Origin: an uncultured Alphaproteobacteria bacterium
GTDB taxonomy: Bacteria; Pseudomonadota; Alphaproteobacteria; Rhizobiales; Xanthobacteraceae
Length of the DNA: 64,000 bases
Reading direction: 5' to 3'
Assembly (NCBI GenBank): GCA_963833605.1
Contig: CAWHYZ010000003.1
Span: 71,760 to 135,759, forward strand
Positions within the stretch are counted from its first letter, which is position 1; each line of letters opens with the position of its first letter. The position numbers and the translations under genes were made by a program. Below the pieces are notes generated by a model. It did no database searches. It saw only the letters and a program-made list of their open reading frames with translations, and was not told the origin of the DNA. Of the stretch, positions 39,858 to 49,430 are shown piece after piece.

Positions 39858-40544
39858 TCAGTAGCCCCACTGGTGGGGTCGCTTGATCAGGTGCTCATTG
39901 ACGGCGCGGACCCCCGGCATCGATTCGGCCGCGACACGGATGGCCTTTCTTTCCACATCCGAGTTGGAAACTCCCCACAGATCGACCACGCCGTCGATGA
40001 CAGTGACATTCAAGAGATCCGTGTGCGCCCAGCGTTGGCCCTTCAGATGCGCCAGCAACTTGTCGCGAATGGCAACATCGGAGAGTGGGATGTCCAGGGC
40101 CTTACGCTCACTCGCGACAGCCTGAATGAGGTTCGCGCGGCTGACAATTCCAACAAGCTGCCCATCCTTCACGATGGGCACCCGCTTAATCGAATGGGTT
40201 TCCAGCAAGTCCGCGATCTCGTGGAGTGGAGCATCCGGCGTCGCGGTTGTGACTTCAGTGGTCATGACGTCGGATACCTTGCGGGCATGCGCCTTGACAT
40301 AATTGGCGGCAAGCGCCTCGTCCCGTGTCAGTGCGAGCAGCCACCACGAACGTTGCTGCTGGGTACCCGCCTCGGCGCGATGCAGCAGGTCGCCCTCGCT
40401 CACAATGCCGACGAGCTTGCCATGGTCGTCGACCACCGGGACGGCGCTGATCCGTCGATCGAGGAAAAGCTTGGCCACCTCCCTCACAGTCGAGCCGGGC
40501 TTGACGGTGATGACAGGCGAAACCATCACATCGCGGGCTTTCAT
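39858..40544 (-). CDS. CBS-pair + BON domain protein
   Basis: Two CBS motifs (ISAVPVVDDHGKLVGIVSEGDLL, IKRVPIVKDGQLVGIVSRANL) and a C-terminal BON-like segment (VIDGVVDLWGVSNSDVERKAIRVAAESMPGVRAV). A GGGAGA SD is present. Confidence 0.85.
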   Translation of the reverse strand: MKARDVMVSPVITVKPGSTVREVAKLFLDRRISAVPVVDDHGKLVGIVSEGDLLHRAEAGTQQQRSWWLLALTRDEALAANYVKAHARKVSDVMTTEVTTATPDAPLHEIADLLETHSIKRVPIVKDGQLVGIVSRANLIQAVASERKALDIPLSDVAIRDKLLAHLKGQRWAHTDLLNVTVIDGVVDLWGVSNSDVERKAIRVAAESMPGVRAVNEHLIKRPHQWGY

Positions 40545-40583
40545 CGAAATCTCCCTATTCCCCCCCGCAACCAAGCGGCGGGC

Positions 40584-41114
40584 TCACCTTGCGTGGCGCA
40601 GCCAGTAATCTCGCTCCAATGCGGCCATTCGTTCGCGCGTCATGGCGTCTTCACTGGACGACTCCGAAACTTTGCGCAGGCTTTGCATCAGTGCCCGCAG
40701 CAGATCCGAGCGGCTTACAATTCCGACTAGCTGATCGCCCTTAGTGACGGGCAGGCGCTTGATGTCATGCTTCTCCATCTGGCGCAGCACGTCCTCAAGC
40801 GGAGCATCCTCGGACACGCTGATCGGATTTGGAGTCATGACGCTCTCGACCTGTTCGTCAACAAGCCGGCCAAGGCCTTCGCGCCTCTTGTGATTGGTGA
40901 TCAGTTCGAGCCAGCGCGGCCGCGCGCTCTTGGCGCCATTTCGGGTCGGTCGCAGGAAGTCGCGCTCGGTAATGATGCCGACCAGCCGACCAGCCGAATT
41001 CACGACGGGCAATCCGCTGACGCGGCTTTGCAGCATCAAATTGCCCGCTTCCAGAACCGTGGAGTCGGATTTCACCGAAACCACGTTGCGCGTCATTACA
41101 TCGCAAACTCTCAT
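40584..41114 (-). CDS. CBS-pair domain protein
   Basis: VSGLPVVNSAGRLVGIITERDFL and IKRLPVTKGDQLVGIVSRSDLL. Start at ATG 41114 (MRVCDVMTRNV). Confidence 0.85.
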   Translation of the reverse strand: MRVCDVMTRNVVSVKSDSTVLEAGNLMLQSRVSGLPVVNSAGRLVGIITERDFLRPTRNGAKSARPRWLELITNHKRREGLGRLVDEQVESVMTPNPISVSEDAPLEDVLRQMEKHDIKRLPVTKGDQLVGIVSRSDLLRALMQSLRKVSESSSEDAMTRERMAALERDYWLRHAR

Positions 41115-41118
41115 GCCG

Positions 41119-41592
41119 TCATGCCTTGATTGCACCGCGTGCAGCTTGTTGCACAGGAATGATCGCCGCAAGCAGCGTGTTGATGTGCCCGTCACCCCAG
41201 CATGGGAGGACCAGCCGGGCATAGCCAGGCTTAGCCTGATCTGGGCTGAATACGTTTGGGCAATAGCTCGGGCCACGCGTTTCAAGTGCGTCCGTACACT
41301 GCTGCGCAAGCCCCTCGAGAAGTGTCCGCAACCTGAGTTCGTCAAGGAACTTGCCGGCCAGGCCCCCACCGTACTGTTGCTCGATCCACGAGCCCGCGAT
41401 ATCGACGCGAAAACGTACCGGATCGTAGAAAACCTCGATCAGCAGGATATTTTGCTCAACGTCCGACAGTGAGGTAAGCTTGATATCGTCGGAGAACGGA
41501 ATGCTGTTCCCGCCTCGTTTGAGCTTTTGCCAATAATCTTCGACCTGAACGAGATCAGCTTCCATTCGTCCGGCCAGCGCACGACTCATCAT
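41119..41592 (-). CDS. PAS-like domain protein (DUF1457/PAS_5 type)
   Basis: YWQKLKRGGNSIPFSDDI...LLIEV....RFRVDIAGS pattern typical of the small alphaproteobacterial PAS_5 proteins. Confidence 0.6.
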   Translation of the reverse strand: MMSRALAGRMEADLVQVEDYWQKLKRGGNSIPFSDDIKLTSLSDVEQNILLIEVFYDPVRFRVDIAGSWIEQQYGGGLAGKFLDELRLRTLLEGLAQQCTDALETRGPSYCPNVFSPDQAKPGYARLVLPCWGDGHINTLLAAIIPVQQAARGAIKA

Positions 41593-41645
41593 GGCTCGAA
41601 CACCTTCCTTGTTTGTTCAAGCTAACGCGCTGCTCCAAACTAGTT

Positions 41646-41659
41646 TTGACGTGCCTCAA
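41646..41659. promoter_or_regulatory. FixK/FNR-type box TTGACGTGCCTCAA between divergent genes
   Basis: Perfect TTGA-N6-TCAA. The -41.5 geometry gives leaders of about 19 nt (minus strand, PAS gene) and about 37 nt (plus strand, SbmA-like gene). Confidence 0.7.
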
Positions 41660-41730
41660 ATAACTTAGCTGAAAACACGCTTTAATGTTCCATATGATTT
41701 TGCAGCAGCAACGGGATTAAGGCCGGCATC

Positions 41731-42885
41731 ATGTGGGCGCTGCAGCGCTTTGCCCCCGAGCAGCGGCAGCTGTTTCTCCGATTCTGGAAGAGCGCCTCCG
41801 GCTTTTGGCGGGGACGCGCGGCCTGGATCGCGTGGTCTCTTACAATCTCGCTCATTGTCGTCGTGCTGTTGCAACTCTTCATCCAATACGAGTTGAATCT
41901 GTGGAACCGCAACTTTTTCGATGCGCTCGGACGGCGGAGTTCACGCGATCTGTGGCGACAGGTGCTGATGTTCTTTCCGCTGATCGCGTGCAGTGTTGTG
42001 CTCGCTACCGCCTCAGTCTGGGGCCGCATGACCGCGCAGCGGCGGTGGCGGCAATATCTGACTGCGCAGCTGATTTTGTATTGGTTGGCCAGGGGTCGCT
42101 ACCGTCGACTCAACTACTTGCAGCACGGGCGGGAGAACCCGGAATATCGGATCGCTGAGGACGCACGTTTGGCTACAGATTCCCCAATCGATCTGGGCCT
42201 CGGGCTTCTATCCTCATCGCTGATAGCGGTGACGTTCATCGGGGTATTGTGGACCGTGGGAGGCAGCCTCGTCGTCGAGGCGTTCGGAACGACTTTTGCG
42301 CTGCCCGGTTATCTGGTCATTAGCGTCATTATCTATTCGACCGTGATCACCGGCGCGATGATGCTCATCGGGCGCTCGTTGACAATCGTCATTCAGTCCA
42401 AGAACCAGGCCGAGGCCGAGCTGAGGTCGACGGCGAACACGCTGCGTACGAACGCCGAAAGAGCCGCTATCGCGGAGGATGAAGCAGCGGTGCGCCGTGA
42501 GCTCTGGCACGCACTCAAGGGGGCTCTCGCGCGCTGGCGAGACCTGTGCTCGCAACTCGTGCGCACGACCTTGGTGCTGCAGACCAACACCTTGCTGGCG
42601 CCGGTGGTCGGTCTGGTTCTATGCGCCCCGAAATTTCTGTCCGGCGCGATGACGCTGGGCGAACTGACACAGGCGGCGGCCGCGTTCGTGCTGGTGCAGA
42701 GCGCGTTCAACTGGCTCGTCGACAACTATCAGCGGCTGGCAGACTGGGTCTCGTCCGTAAATCGCGTGGCTACGCTCTTGCTTGCTCTTGATGAGCTTTG
42801 CGAGGTTGAAAGACGCACGCCGGCAGCCGGAACCGCGCACGCGGACCAGCGAGCTCAGACGCGTGCCGCCGTCACCTCCGGGTAG
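41731..42885 (+). CDS. SbmA/BacA-like family transporter (transmembrane domain only)
   Basis: FW.SASGFWRG, LNLWNRNFFDAL, ENPEYRIAEDARLATD motifs. 384 aa. Confidence 0.8.
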   Translation: MWALQRFAPEQRQLFLRFWKSASGFWRGRAAWIAWSLTISLIVVVLLQLFIQYELNLWNRNFFDALGRRSSRDLWRQVLMFFPLIACSVVLATASVWGRMTAQRRWRQYLTAQLILYWLARGRYRRLNYLQHGRENPEYRIAEDARLATDSPIDLGLGLLSSSLIAVTFIGVLWTVGGSLVVEAFGTTFALPGYLVISVIIYSTVITGAMMLIGRSLTIVIQSKNQAEAELRSTANTLRTNAERAAIAEDEAAVRRELWHALKGALARWRDLCSQLVRTTLVLQTNTLLAPVVGLVLCAPKFLSGAMTLGELTQAAAAFVLVQSAFNWLVDNYQRLADWVSSVNRVATLLLALDELCEVERRTPAAGTAHADQRAQTRAAVTSG

Positions 42886-43794
42886 AGCCGCTCGAACGTC
42901 CTCGCGCCGGCAGAGTTCGGTTCCTGTGTGCAGCAGCGCAGCCGAGCCAGCGGCCATTGCCAACCGGAACGCATCTGCGAGGTTTCGCCCCGCGGCCAGT
43001 CCGAAGACCATGCCGCCCAAAAAGCTGTCGCCTGCTCCGACGGTGCTGGCTGGTACGATCGGCAGCGCCGGGCTGCGCCAGATTGCATCCCGCGTAAACA
43101 GCATTGCTCCCTGATGACCGAGCGTCAGAGCCACCATCTCGGCGCGGCCTTCGCCAACGAGGCGCGATCCAGCCGCGATCCATGCCGTCTCGTCGGGCAA
43201 TGGCCGTCCCAACAACTCGCCAAGCTCGCGCAGGTTGGGCTTGGCCAGGTAGACTCCCGCCGCAAGCGCCGCGGCCAGCGGCGGTCCCGACGTATCGAGC
43301 ACCAGCCGTGCACCCCAACCGCTGACGATCCGGCCAACACGCGCATAGAAATCGTCCGGAGCACCAGGTGGCAGGCTGCCGCTGGCCACCACGTACGCCG
43401 GTTTTGGCTGAATCGACTTCAGAACATCGAGGCAGGAACGCCACTCGGCCTCGCTCATAAGCGGGCCTGGCAACACAAACCGATATTGCTGGCCCGTTTC
43501 GAGCTCGCATACCGTGAAGTCCTCGCGCGTCTCCTCCGCGGCATCGCATGTGAGTTGCGGGATTTGCTCGCTTTCGACCAAACGCCGGAGAAGTTGACCA
43601 GTGGCACCGCCGGCCGGATAGACGGCGGACACATCTCCACCCAGCCGCTTGACCACGCGGGCCACATTGATGCCGCCGCCGCCGGCATCCCGACGCTGCG
43701 CGGAGCAGCGCAATTTTTGGATCGGCCGAACCCGATCGACGCTGGTTGATACATCGATCGCCGGGTTCACCGTTAGGGTGACGATATGGTCCAT
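42855..43794 (-). pseudogene. PfkB-family sugar/1-phosphofructokinase-type kinase with an apparent 1-nt insertion near 42895
   Basis: ORF 42619..43794 has PfkB motifs (GGGGINVARV, TVGAGDSF). After ...ELCRREDV it runs on into the convergent SbmA-like gene. In the -1 frame, ERLYPEVTAARV* gives a natural C-terminus with a stop at 42855. Confidence 0.8.
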
Positions 43795-43819
43795 AGAATC
43801 GTGCTCGATGGTGCCATCG

Positions 43820-45167
43820 TCAGGCCGTCGATACGTCTTGTTTGATCATATCCGCATACCAAGCAAACGAAGCCTTCGGAATGCGCCGCTGCGTAGCGTA
43901 GTCCATGTACACGAGGCCGAATCGCGATCCGTATCCTGAGTTCCATTCGAAATTGTCGAGCAACGACCATACGAAATAGCCGCGAACGTCGGCCCCGGCC
44001 CGTATCGCGCGGCGCATCGCGTCGGTATAGGACCGCAGGTAATCGATGCGCCCTTGATCGATGATCTGCCCCGAATTCGTCGGGGCTCTCGCTTGCACCG
44101 AAGCCGTTTTCCATCACGTAGATCGGCAGTTGGTAGCGGCGGTGGAGAGCCAGCAACGTTTCGCCGAATGCCTGAGGATCGATCGCCCAACCGACTCCCG
44201 TTCGCTTCTTCTCGGGCGGAGGATCGGTCAATCGAAAACCCAGCTGCGAACCGGGGTCGGCTTTTACATAGATCGGTGAATAGTGATTGAGTCCGAACCA
44301 GTCGACCGGCCGGCAGATGCGTGCGAGATCACCGGCTTGCTGGAACGGCTCGATGTCGCCCGCCAGCAAAGCCGGATAGCAGGCTTGCAACTGCGGATCC
44401 GGCATCGCCCCGTTCCAGTAGGCCTCGAGCAGGTTGCGCGCAGCTTCGTCCTCAGGCGTTGCCGGGACGCACGGTTGATAGTTATGGATTGCACCGATGG
44501 ACGCCTTCGGCACGTGTGCGCGCAGCGCGTCGACGCCGGCGCCGTGGGCGAGATTGACATGATGGATCGCGCGCAGCAGGGCTGCACGATCGGTCAGACC
44601 CGGGGCATGCCAGCCGAATCCATAGCCGAGCAGCGTGAAGAGCGAAGGCTCGTTGAAGGTGGCGAACCGCTTGACGCGATCGCCGTAGCGACGTGCGACG
44701 AGCGTCGCATAATCGGCAAACCAGCCGGCACACTCGCGATTGGTCCAGCCGCCGCGATCGTCGAGCGCCTGAGGGAGGTCCCAATGATAGAGGCAGAGCC
44801 AGGGCTCTATGCCGGCCGCCAGCAAGGCGTCGATCAGACGGTCGTAAAAGGCGAGGCCGGGCTCGTTGGCCGCGCCGCGGCCGGCGGGAAGCACGCGCGG
44901 CCACGCCGTCGAAAAACGATAGGCACGTATCCCGAGATCGCGCATCAACGCGATGTCCTGGTCGTAACGGTGGTAGTGATCGCACGCGACGTCGCCGGTA
45001 TCACCGTTGGCGACCCGCCCCTTCTGCCGACAGAACGTATCCCAGATGCTGGCGCCGCGCCCGTCCTCATTCGCGGCCCCTTCGATCTGATAGCTCGCGG
45101 TGGAAACGCCCCAAACAAACCCGGCGTTTGTTTGGTCTGCTCCACGCGAATCGCTAGTCGGCGGCAT
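43820..45167 (-). pseudogene. GH1 beta-glucosidase with an apparent 1-nt insertion near 44066-44080
   Basis: FVWGVSTASYQIEGA, TFNEP and YVMENGFG in ORF 43773..45206. The conserved tail RIDYLRSY...GYFVWSLLDNFEWNSGY...FGLVYMDY is in another frame (ORF 43820..44098). The start ATG at 45167 overlaps the GH4 stop (ATGA). Confidence 0.85.
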
Positions 45168-46447
45168 CAGACACACGTCCTGATGTAGGGCTTGTTCACC
45201 TCCCACAGCTCATCGAGCAAGCTCGCTGCGGCAGTGGTCGAGGTCACGACCGGGTCGATCAGCAACGCCTGCATGGCCATCTCCTTGGATGCGTGCACCG
45301 CCGCTTCCACCGCCAATTGCTGTACGCTCGCCTGCATCGACAGCAACTTTGCGATTGGGTCCGGCAGCGGGCCGAGCGAAATCGGGTGAATACCGGCGGC
45401 ATCCGCCAACAGCGGTACCTCAACCGCCAGATCGGGCGCCAGATTCGGAATGACACCCCGATTGTAGACGATGCCGGACTCGATGAACCGCTTTCTGTTG
45501 TGAACGATTCCCTCGATCACTGCGACCCCGCGCTCGCCGGACGGCGTGAGCCAGTCCGCCGGCGGCGGCATGCTTCCGGACAGGACATCGTGCAACGATT
45601 TTGCGAACGCGGCGCGTTCCGCCTCGTCGCGCGCAAAATCATGACCCTGTTCGCCCGCTTCCCAACCATAGGGAACGTATTCGCCCATGTGTTCGTCGCT
45701 GCAGGTCACCCACCATCCGAAGGCGTGGAACAGGCGGCGGCTGAGCGGCGCAAACGTCGGATCGTGATCCGGTTCGCTTGCGCGCAGCCGCGGGTAGAGA
45801 TCCTCACCGGTCACGCGATGCCGGATGTGCAGCAGCCATTGAAAATGGTTCAGGCCGGCGCCCCATACCTCAACGTCTTCCTTCGGCATGTCCATGATGT
45901 GCGCAACGTAGTCGCGGCCACCGAAGATACCCTCGCACAGGCCGAGCGCACGTGTGCGGCTGTACTTGCCGAGCGCCAGAATGATGCGGCTCTCGGGGTT
46001 GGAAAAATTGATCAGCAACGCGTTCGGGCAGAGCTCCTCCATGTCGCGGACGAAATCGAAAACGAGGGGCAGTGTCCGCAATGTGAAGAACAGTCCTCCG
46101 GGGCCGCCATTCTCGCCCAGGGTTTGATGAATCCCGTATTTCTTGGGAATTTCGAAATCGGGCTTCCAAAGCCGGTTCCTGTCGATCACCGTCGCATTGA
46201 TGACGAATGCTGCCCCCGGCAGCGCACGGCGCCGCTCGGTCGTGGACTCGATCGTCACGCCGGCACTGGTTTTCGTATTCAGTAGTCGGGCAAGCTGCGT
46301 CATTTGCGCGAGCTTTCCGGCATCGGTATCCACCAGTACCAGCGTGCTGCCCGACATCTCCCCGCACGAGAAGATATCCCTGAACAGGCTCAGCCCGAAC
46401 GACATGCTACCGGCGCCGATGAAGACAATTTTGGTTGTGTTTGCCAT
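45167..46447 (-). CDS. Glycoside hydrolase family 4 (NAD/Mn-dependent alpha-glucosidase/galactosidase type)
   Basis: N-terminal Rossmann [23 protein letters not shown] and NHFQW motifs. 426 aa. Confidence 0.8.
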   Translation of the reverse strand: MANTTKIVFIGAGSMSFGLSLFRDIFSCGEMSGSTLVLVDTDAGKLAQMTQLARLLNTKTSAGVTIESTTERRRALPGAAFVINATVIDRNRLWKPDFEIPKKYGIHQTLGENGGPGGLFFTLRTLPLVFDFVRDMEELCPNALLINFSNPESRIILALGKYSRTRALGLCEGIFGGRDYVAHIMDMPKEDVEVWGAGLNHFQWLLHIRHRVTGEDLYPRLRASEPDHDPTFAPLSRRLFHAFGWWVTCSDEHMGEYVPYGWEAGEQGHDFARDEAERAAFAKSLHDVLSGSMPPPADWLTPSGERGVAVIEGIVHNRKRFIESGIVYNRGVIPNLAPDLAVEVPLLADAAGIHPISLGPLPDPIAKLLSMQASVQQLAVEAAVHASKEMAMQALLIDPVVTSTTAAASLLDELWEVNKPYIRTCV

Positions 46448-46500
46448 GCGCCAAACATTGCCATTTTTAGGTCATCGTATAGGGGGATGCGCGCAACGTA

Positions 46501-46514
46501 TTGATCCGTGTCAA
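46501..46514. promoter_or_regulatory. FixK/FNR-type box TTGATCCGTGTCAA between divergent genes
   Basis: Perfect TTGA-N6-TCAA. The -41.5 geometry gives leaders of about 19 nt (GH4 operon) and about 27 nt (MlaD-like gene). Confidence 0.7.
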
Positions 46515-46575
46515 CGAGTGGAAGCGCGATCGGCTGTTACAAAGCAAACTTCAAACCGGCATACCGTAGAGGCCC

Positions 46576-47697
46576 ATGGAAACCAAGGCACGTTATTTTC
46601 TGGTCGGCCTGTTCGCGCTGGTGGTCATCGCGGGGGCGTTCGGTTTCGTCTATTGGCTGCAGACCATCGGCGGTCTCGGCGAACGCCTCGTTTACCGCGT
46701 CCGCTTCGAGCGGACGGTCTCCGGACTGCGGGTCGGCTCCGCCGTTTTGTTCAACGGCGTACGGGTTGGCGAGGTTACCGGTTTGGAACTCGATCCAGAT
46801 CGTCCGGCGCAGGTTACGGCGACCATCGCCGTCCAACAAGCGACCCCGGTCCGGGGCGACACGCGGGTCGAGATCGATGTCCAAGGTCTGATGGGCTCGC
46901 CTTCGCTGTCGTTGCAGGGCGGCTCGCCGGCAGCCGCGCGCTTGAACACAGCACAGGGCGAAATCCTGGCTGCCGACCCCGCCGCGGGGGTCGACACCAT
47001 GCAGACGGCGCGTGAGGCGCTGCGGCGCATCGACAGCCTTCTGGCGGCAAACTCCGAGTTGTTGCACGCCACCATCGCCAACCTTGAAAAGTTTTCGGGC
47101 GCACTCGCACGCAACGCCGATCGCATCGACGGGATCCTGAGCGGTGTGGAGCGGATGACCGGCGCTGGTCCGGCGGCGCGCCCGTCAGTGATTGCGAGCC
47201 TGACCGCGCCCCAGGACTTCCCGGCGCGCGAACAGCCGCCCGCACGAAGCCAACTGGTCGTTCCCGAGCCGACGGCTCTGCTGATGTTCGACACCCAAAG
47301 AATCCTGACCTGGCCAAACGATCCTGACGGGCCGAACTTTGCCGGGACGCAATGGAGCGACAGCCTGCCAAAACTCATGCAATCGAAAATCATCGAAAGC
47401 TTCGAGAACGCAAATTCGGTTGGCGCGGTCGGGCGCCCGACCGAAGGATTCAACGCGGATTTTCAACTGTTGATCAACATTCGCGCGTTTCAGATTTCGC
47501 TCTCGCCGCAGCCGGTGGCGGAAGTGGAGTTCTCCGCCAAGCTGCTGGGTCAAGACGGGAAAGTCGTGGGGGCACGGATATTTCGGAGCACGGCCCCACT
47601 CGACGCGGTCGACGCCGCGGCAGCGGCTGGCGCACTTGATCGGGCCTTCGGCAAGGCGGCGGTCGATCTCGTGCAGTGGACTGCGCCGCTGCTCTGA
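46576..47697 (+). CDS. MlaD/Mce-domain protein with a C-terminal ABC-auxiliary (DUF330-like) region
   Basis: N-terminal TM helix ARYFLVGLFALVVIAGAFGFVYW. Mce core SGLRVGSAVLFNGVRVGEVTGLELD. Confidence 0.7.
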   Translation: METKARYFLVGLFALVVIAGAFGFVYWLQTIGGLGERLVYRVRFERTVSGLRVGSAVLFNGVRVGEVTGLELDPDRPAQVTATIAVQQATPVRGDTRVEIDVQGLMGSPSLSLQGGSPAAARLNTAQGEILAADPAAGVDTMQTAREALRRIDSLLAANSELLHATIANLEKFSGALARNADRIDGILSGVERMTGAGPAARPSVIASLTAPQDFPAREQPPARSQLVVPEPTALLMFDTQRILTWPNDPDGPNFAGTQWSDSLPKLMQSKIIESFENANSVGAVGRPTEGFNADFQLLINIRAFQISLSPQPVAEVEFSAKLLGQDGKVVGARIFRSTAPLDAVDAAAAAGALDRAFGKAAVDLVQWTAPLL

Positions 47698-47829
47698 TAC
47701 CGCCGCTTCCCCATCGCCACTTTCAGGCTATTGAATTTACGTCACAAATCTTTTCAAGCGGCTCGCGCACGTGATCTGCGGCCGATCCGCGGCTCGCGGC
47801 GCAAGCGTGTCGCGCAATCCGTCCGCCAG

Positions 47830-47849
47830 CCTAAGGGAAACCCCTTAGG
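47830..47849. promoter_or_regulatory. Perfect 8-bp inverted repeat CCTAAGGG-AAAC-CCCTTAGG upstream of fixK (candidate operator; function unknown)
   Basis: Seen directly. Its centre is about 70 nt upstream of the fixK ATG at 47910. Confidence 0.35.
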
Positions 47850-47909
47850 GGTGATATCTGAATTTTCTTTCGCATAGCGCCGCTTAGGCTCGCGTCCAGT
47901 CGAATTCAA

Positions 47910-48635
47910 ATGGAGCTGGCTATGCAAGCGCACATGACGATCCAGGCAAGGCGTCCAACCCGGGCAATGGCCCATGCCGTAGCGCAGGTTGGCATCCAGG
48001 GCGAGCGCCGCCTTTCTGCGGTGCCCCAAATGCTGTTCGGATCGCCCGAACTGACCGGTATTCCAATCGCATATGACCGTAATGCTGAGATCTACGGCGA
48101 AGGCGAAGCGGCCGACTATGTCTACAAGGTGATTACCGGTGCCGTGCGTACCTACAAGGTGCTCAATGACGGCCGCCGCCAGATCAACGCGTTCTATCTG
48201 CCAGGGGACTTTTTCGGTCTTGAACTCGGGGACGAGCATACGTGGTCCGCTGAAGCCGTCGTTGGTTCCACCATTACGTTGGTGAAACGAGATCTCGTGC
48301 TGAGCGCGGCGAAACGCGATGGTGATGTGGCACGGCAGGTTTGGTCCATGACTGCCGGTGAACTCGACGGGGCACGCAATCACAGCCTCCTGCTCATCCA
48401 AAGCGCCCAGGAGCGGGTTGCGGCTTTTCTGCTCGAAATGTCGCGGCGATTGGCCGGCACGAATTCGGTCGAACTGCCAATGGGGCGTCAAGACATTGCG
48501 GATTACCTCGGGCTCACGATCGAAACGGTTTCACGCACGTTGACCCAGCTGGAGAATACGCGGACTATTGAGCTGGTTGCGTCGCGAGTGATCGCATTAC
48601 GGGACCGATCCCTGCTGTCTCGCCTTAACGGTTAG
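47910..48635 (+). CDS. fixK: Crp/Fnr-family regulator of the FixK type (no N-terminal Cys cluster)
   Basis: HTH RQDIADYLGLTIETVSRTLTQLE, a cNMP-like beta-roll (YVYKVITGAVRTYKVLNDGRRQINAFYLPGDFFG) and no FNR-type cysteines. The start is ambiguous: ATG at 47910, 47922 or 47934. Confidence 0.85.
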   Translation: MELAMQAHMTIQARRPTRAMAHAVAQVGIQGERRLSAVPQMLFGSPELTGIPIAYDRNAEIYGEGEAADYVYKVITGAVRTYKVLNDGRRQINAFYLPGDFFGLELGDEHTWSAEAVVGSTITLVKRDLVLSAAKRDGDVARQVWSMTAGELDGARNHSLLLIQSAQERVAAFLLEMSRRLAGTNSVELPMGRQDIADYLGLTIETVSRTLTQLENTRTIELVASRVIALRDRSLLSRLNG

Positions 48636-48670
48636 CGCGACGTGCAGGTATCGAAGTCGAGGAGGATTTC

Positions 48671-49408
48671 ATGCGGGCCGCAGACATCATGACTCTCGAC
48701 CCGGTCACGATTTCTCCTGAGGGTTCGATCATGGAAGCCATTGGGGTGATGCTGCAACACAAGTTCAGCGGTCTCCCAGTGGTGGAGCGAAACGGTTCGC
48801 TTGTCGGCATTGTGACCGAAGGCGATCTGCTGCGCCGGACCGAGACCGGGACCCAACGCAAGCGACCGCGATGGATCGAGATTTTCATGGGATCCGGGCG
48901 GCTCGCAACCGAGTACGTTCAAACGAGCGGGCGCAAGGTCGAAGAGGTCATGAGCCGCGACGTTCAGACGGTGACCGAGGATGCGTCCTTGAGCGATATC
49001 GTGCGGCTTATGGAGCAGCATCAGATCAAACGATTGCCGGTCGTGCGCGCCGGCATGCTGGTCGGCATCGTCAGCCGTGCAAATCTACTGCGGGCGCTCG
49101 CGAGCGTCATCGGCGAGGCCAAGCCAGCGGCGAGCCAGGATGATGCGTCGATCCGCACACGCATCTATGCCAAACTCAAAGAGCAGGCGTGGGCACCCGT
49201 TAATCTCCTGGATATCGTAGTGAACAATGGGGTCGTCCACTTGTGGGGGGTGCTGCTCGACGAACGGCAGCGCGAGGCCATTCGTGTCGCGGTGGAAAAC
49301 ACCTCCGGGGTGAAAACCATCGAGGATCACCTGGTCTGGGTCGAGCCCATGTCCGGGATGACGATCGCGGCACCTGAAAGCACGGTGTCGCAGACAAAAG
49401 CGTCCTGA
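48671..49408 (+). CDS. CBS-pair + BON domain protein, paralog of 39858..40544
   Basis: FSGLPVVERNGSLVGIVTEGDLL, IKRLPVVRAGMLVGIVSRANLL and a BON-like VVNNGVVHLWGVLLDERQREAIRVAVENTSGVKTI. A GAGGAGG SD is present. Confidence 0.85.
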   Translation: MRAADIMTLDPVTISPEGSIMEAIGVMLQHKFSGLPVVERNGSLVGIVTEGDLLRRTETGTQRKRPRWIEIFMGSGRLATEYVQTSGRKVEEVMSRDVQTVTEDASLSDIVRLMEQHQIKRLPVVRAGMLVGIVSRANLLRALASVIGEAKPAASQDDASIRTRIYAKLKEQAWAPVNLLDIVVNNGVVHLWGVLLDERQREAIRVAVENTSGVKTIEDHLVWVEPMSGMTIAAPESTVSQTKAS

Positions 49409-49430
49409 CCAAACTTTCATTCATCATTCA

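Noticed and set aside
47731-47744. TTGAATTTACGTCA as an autoregulatory FixK box upstream of fixK
   Set aside because: The right half-site is GTCA rather than TCAA or GCAA. It lies about 170 nt from the ATG, directly after the MlaD-like stop, so it is not convincing.
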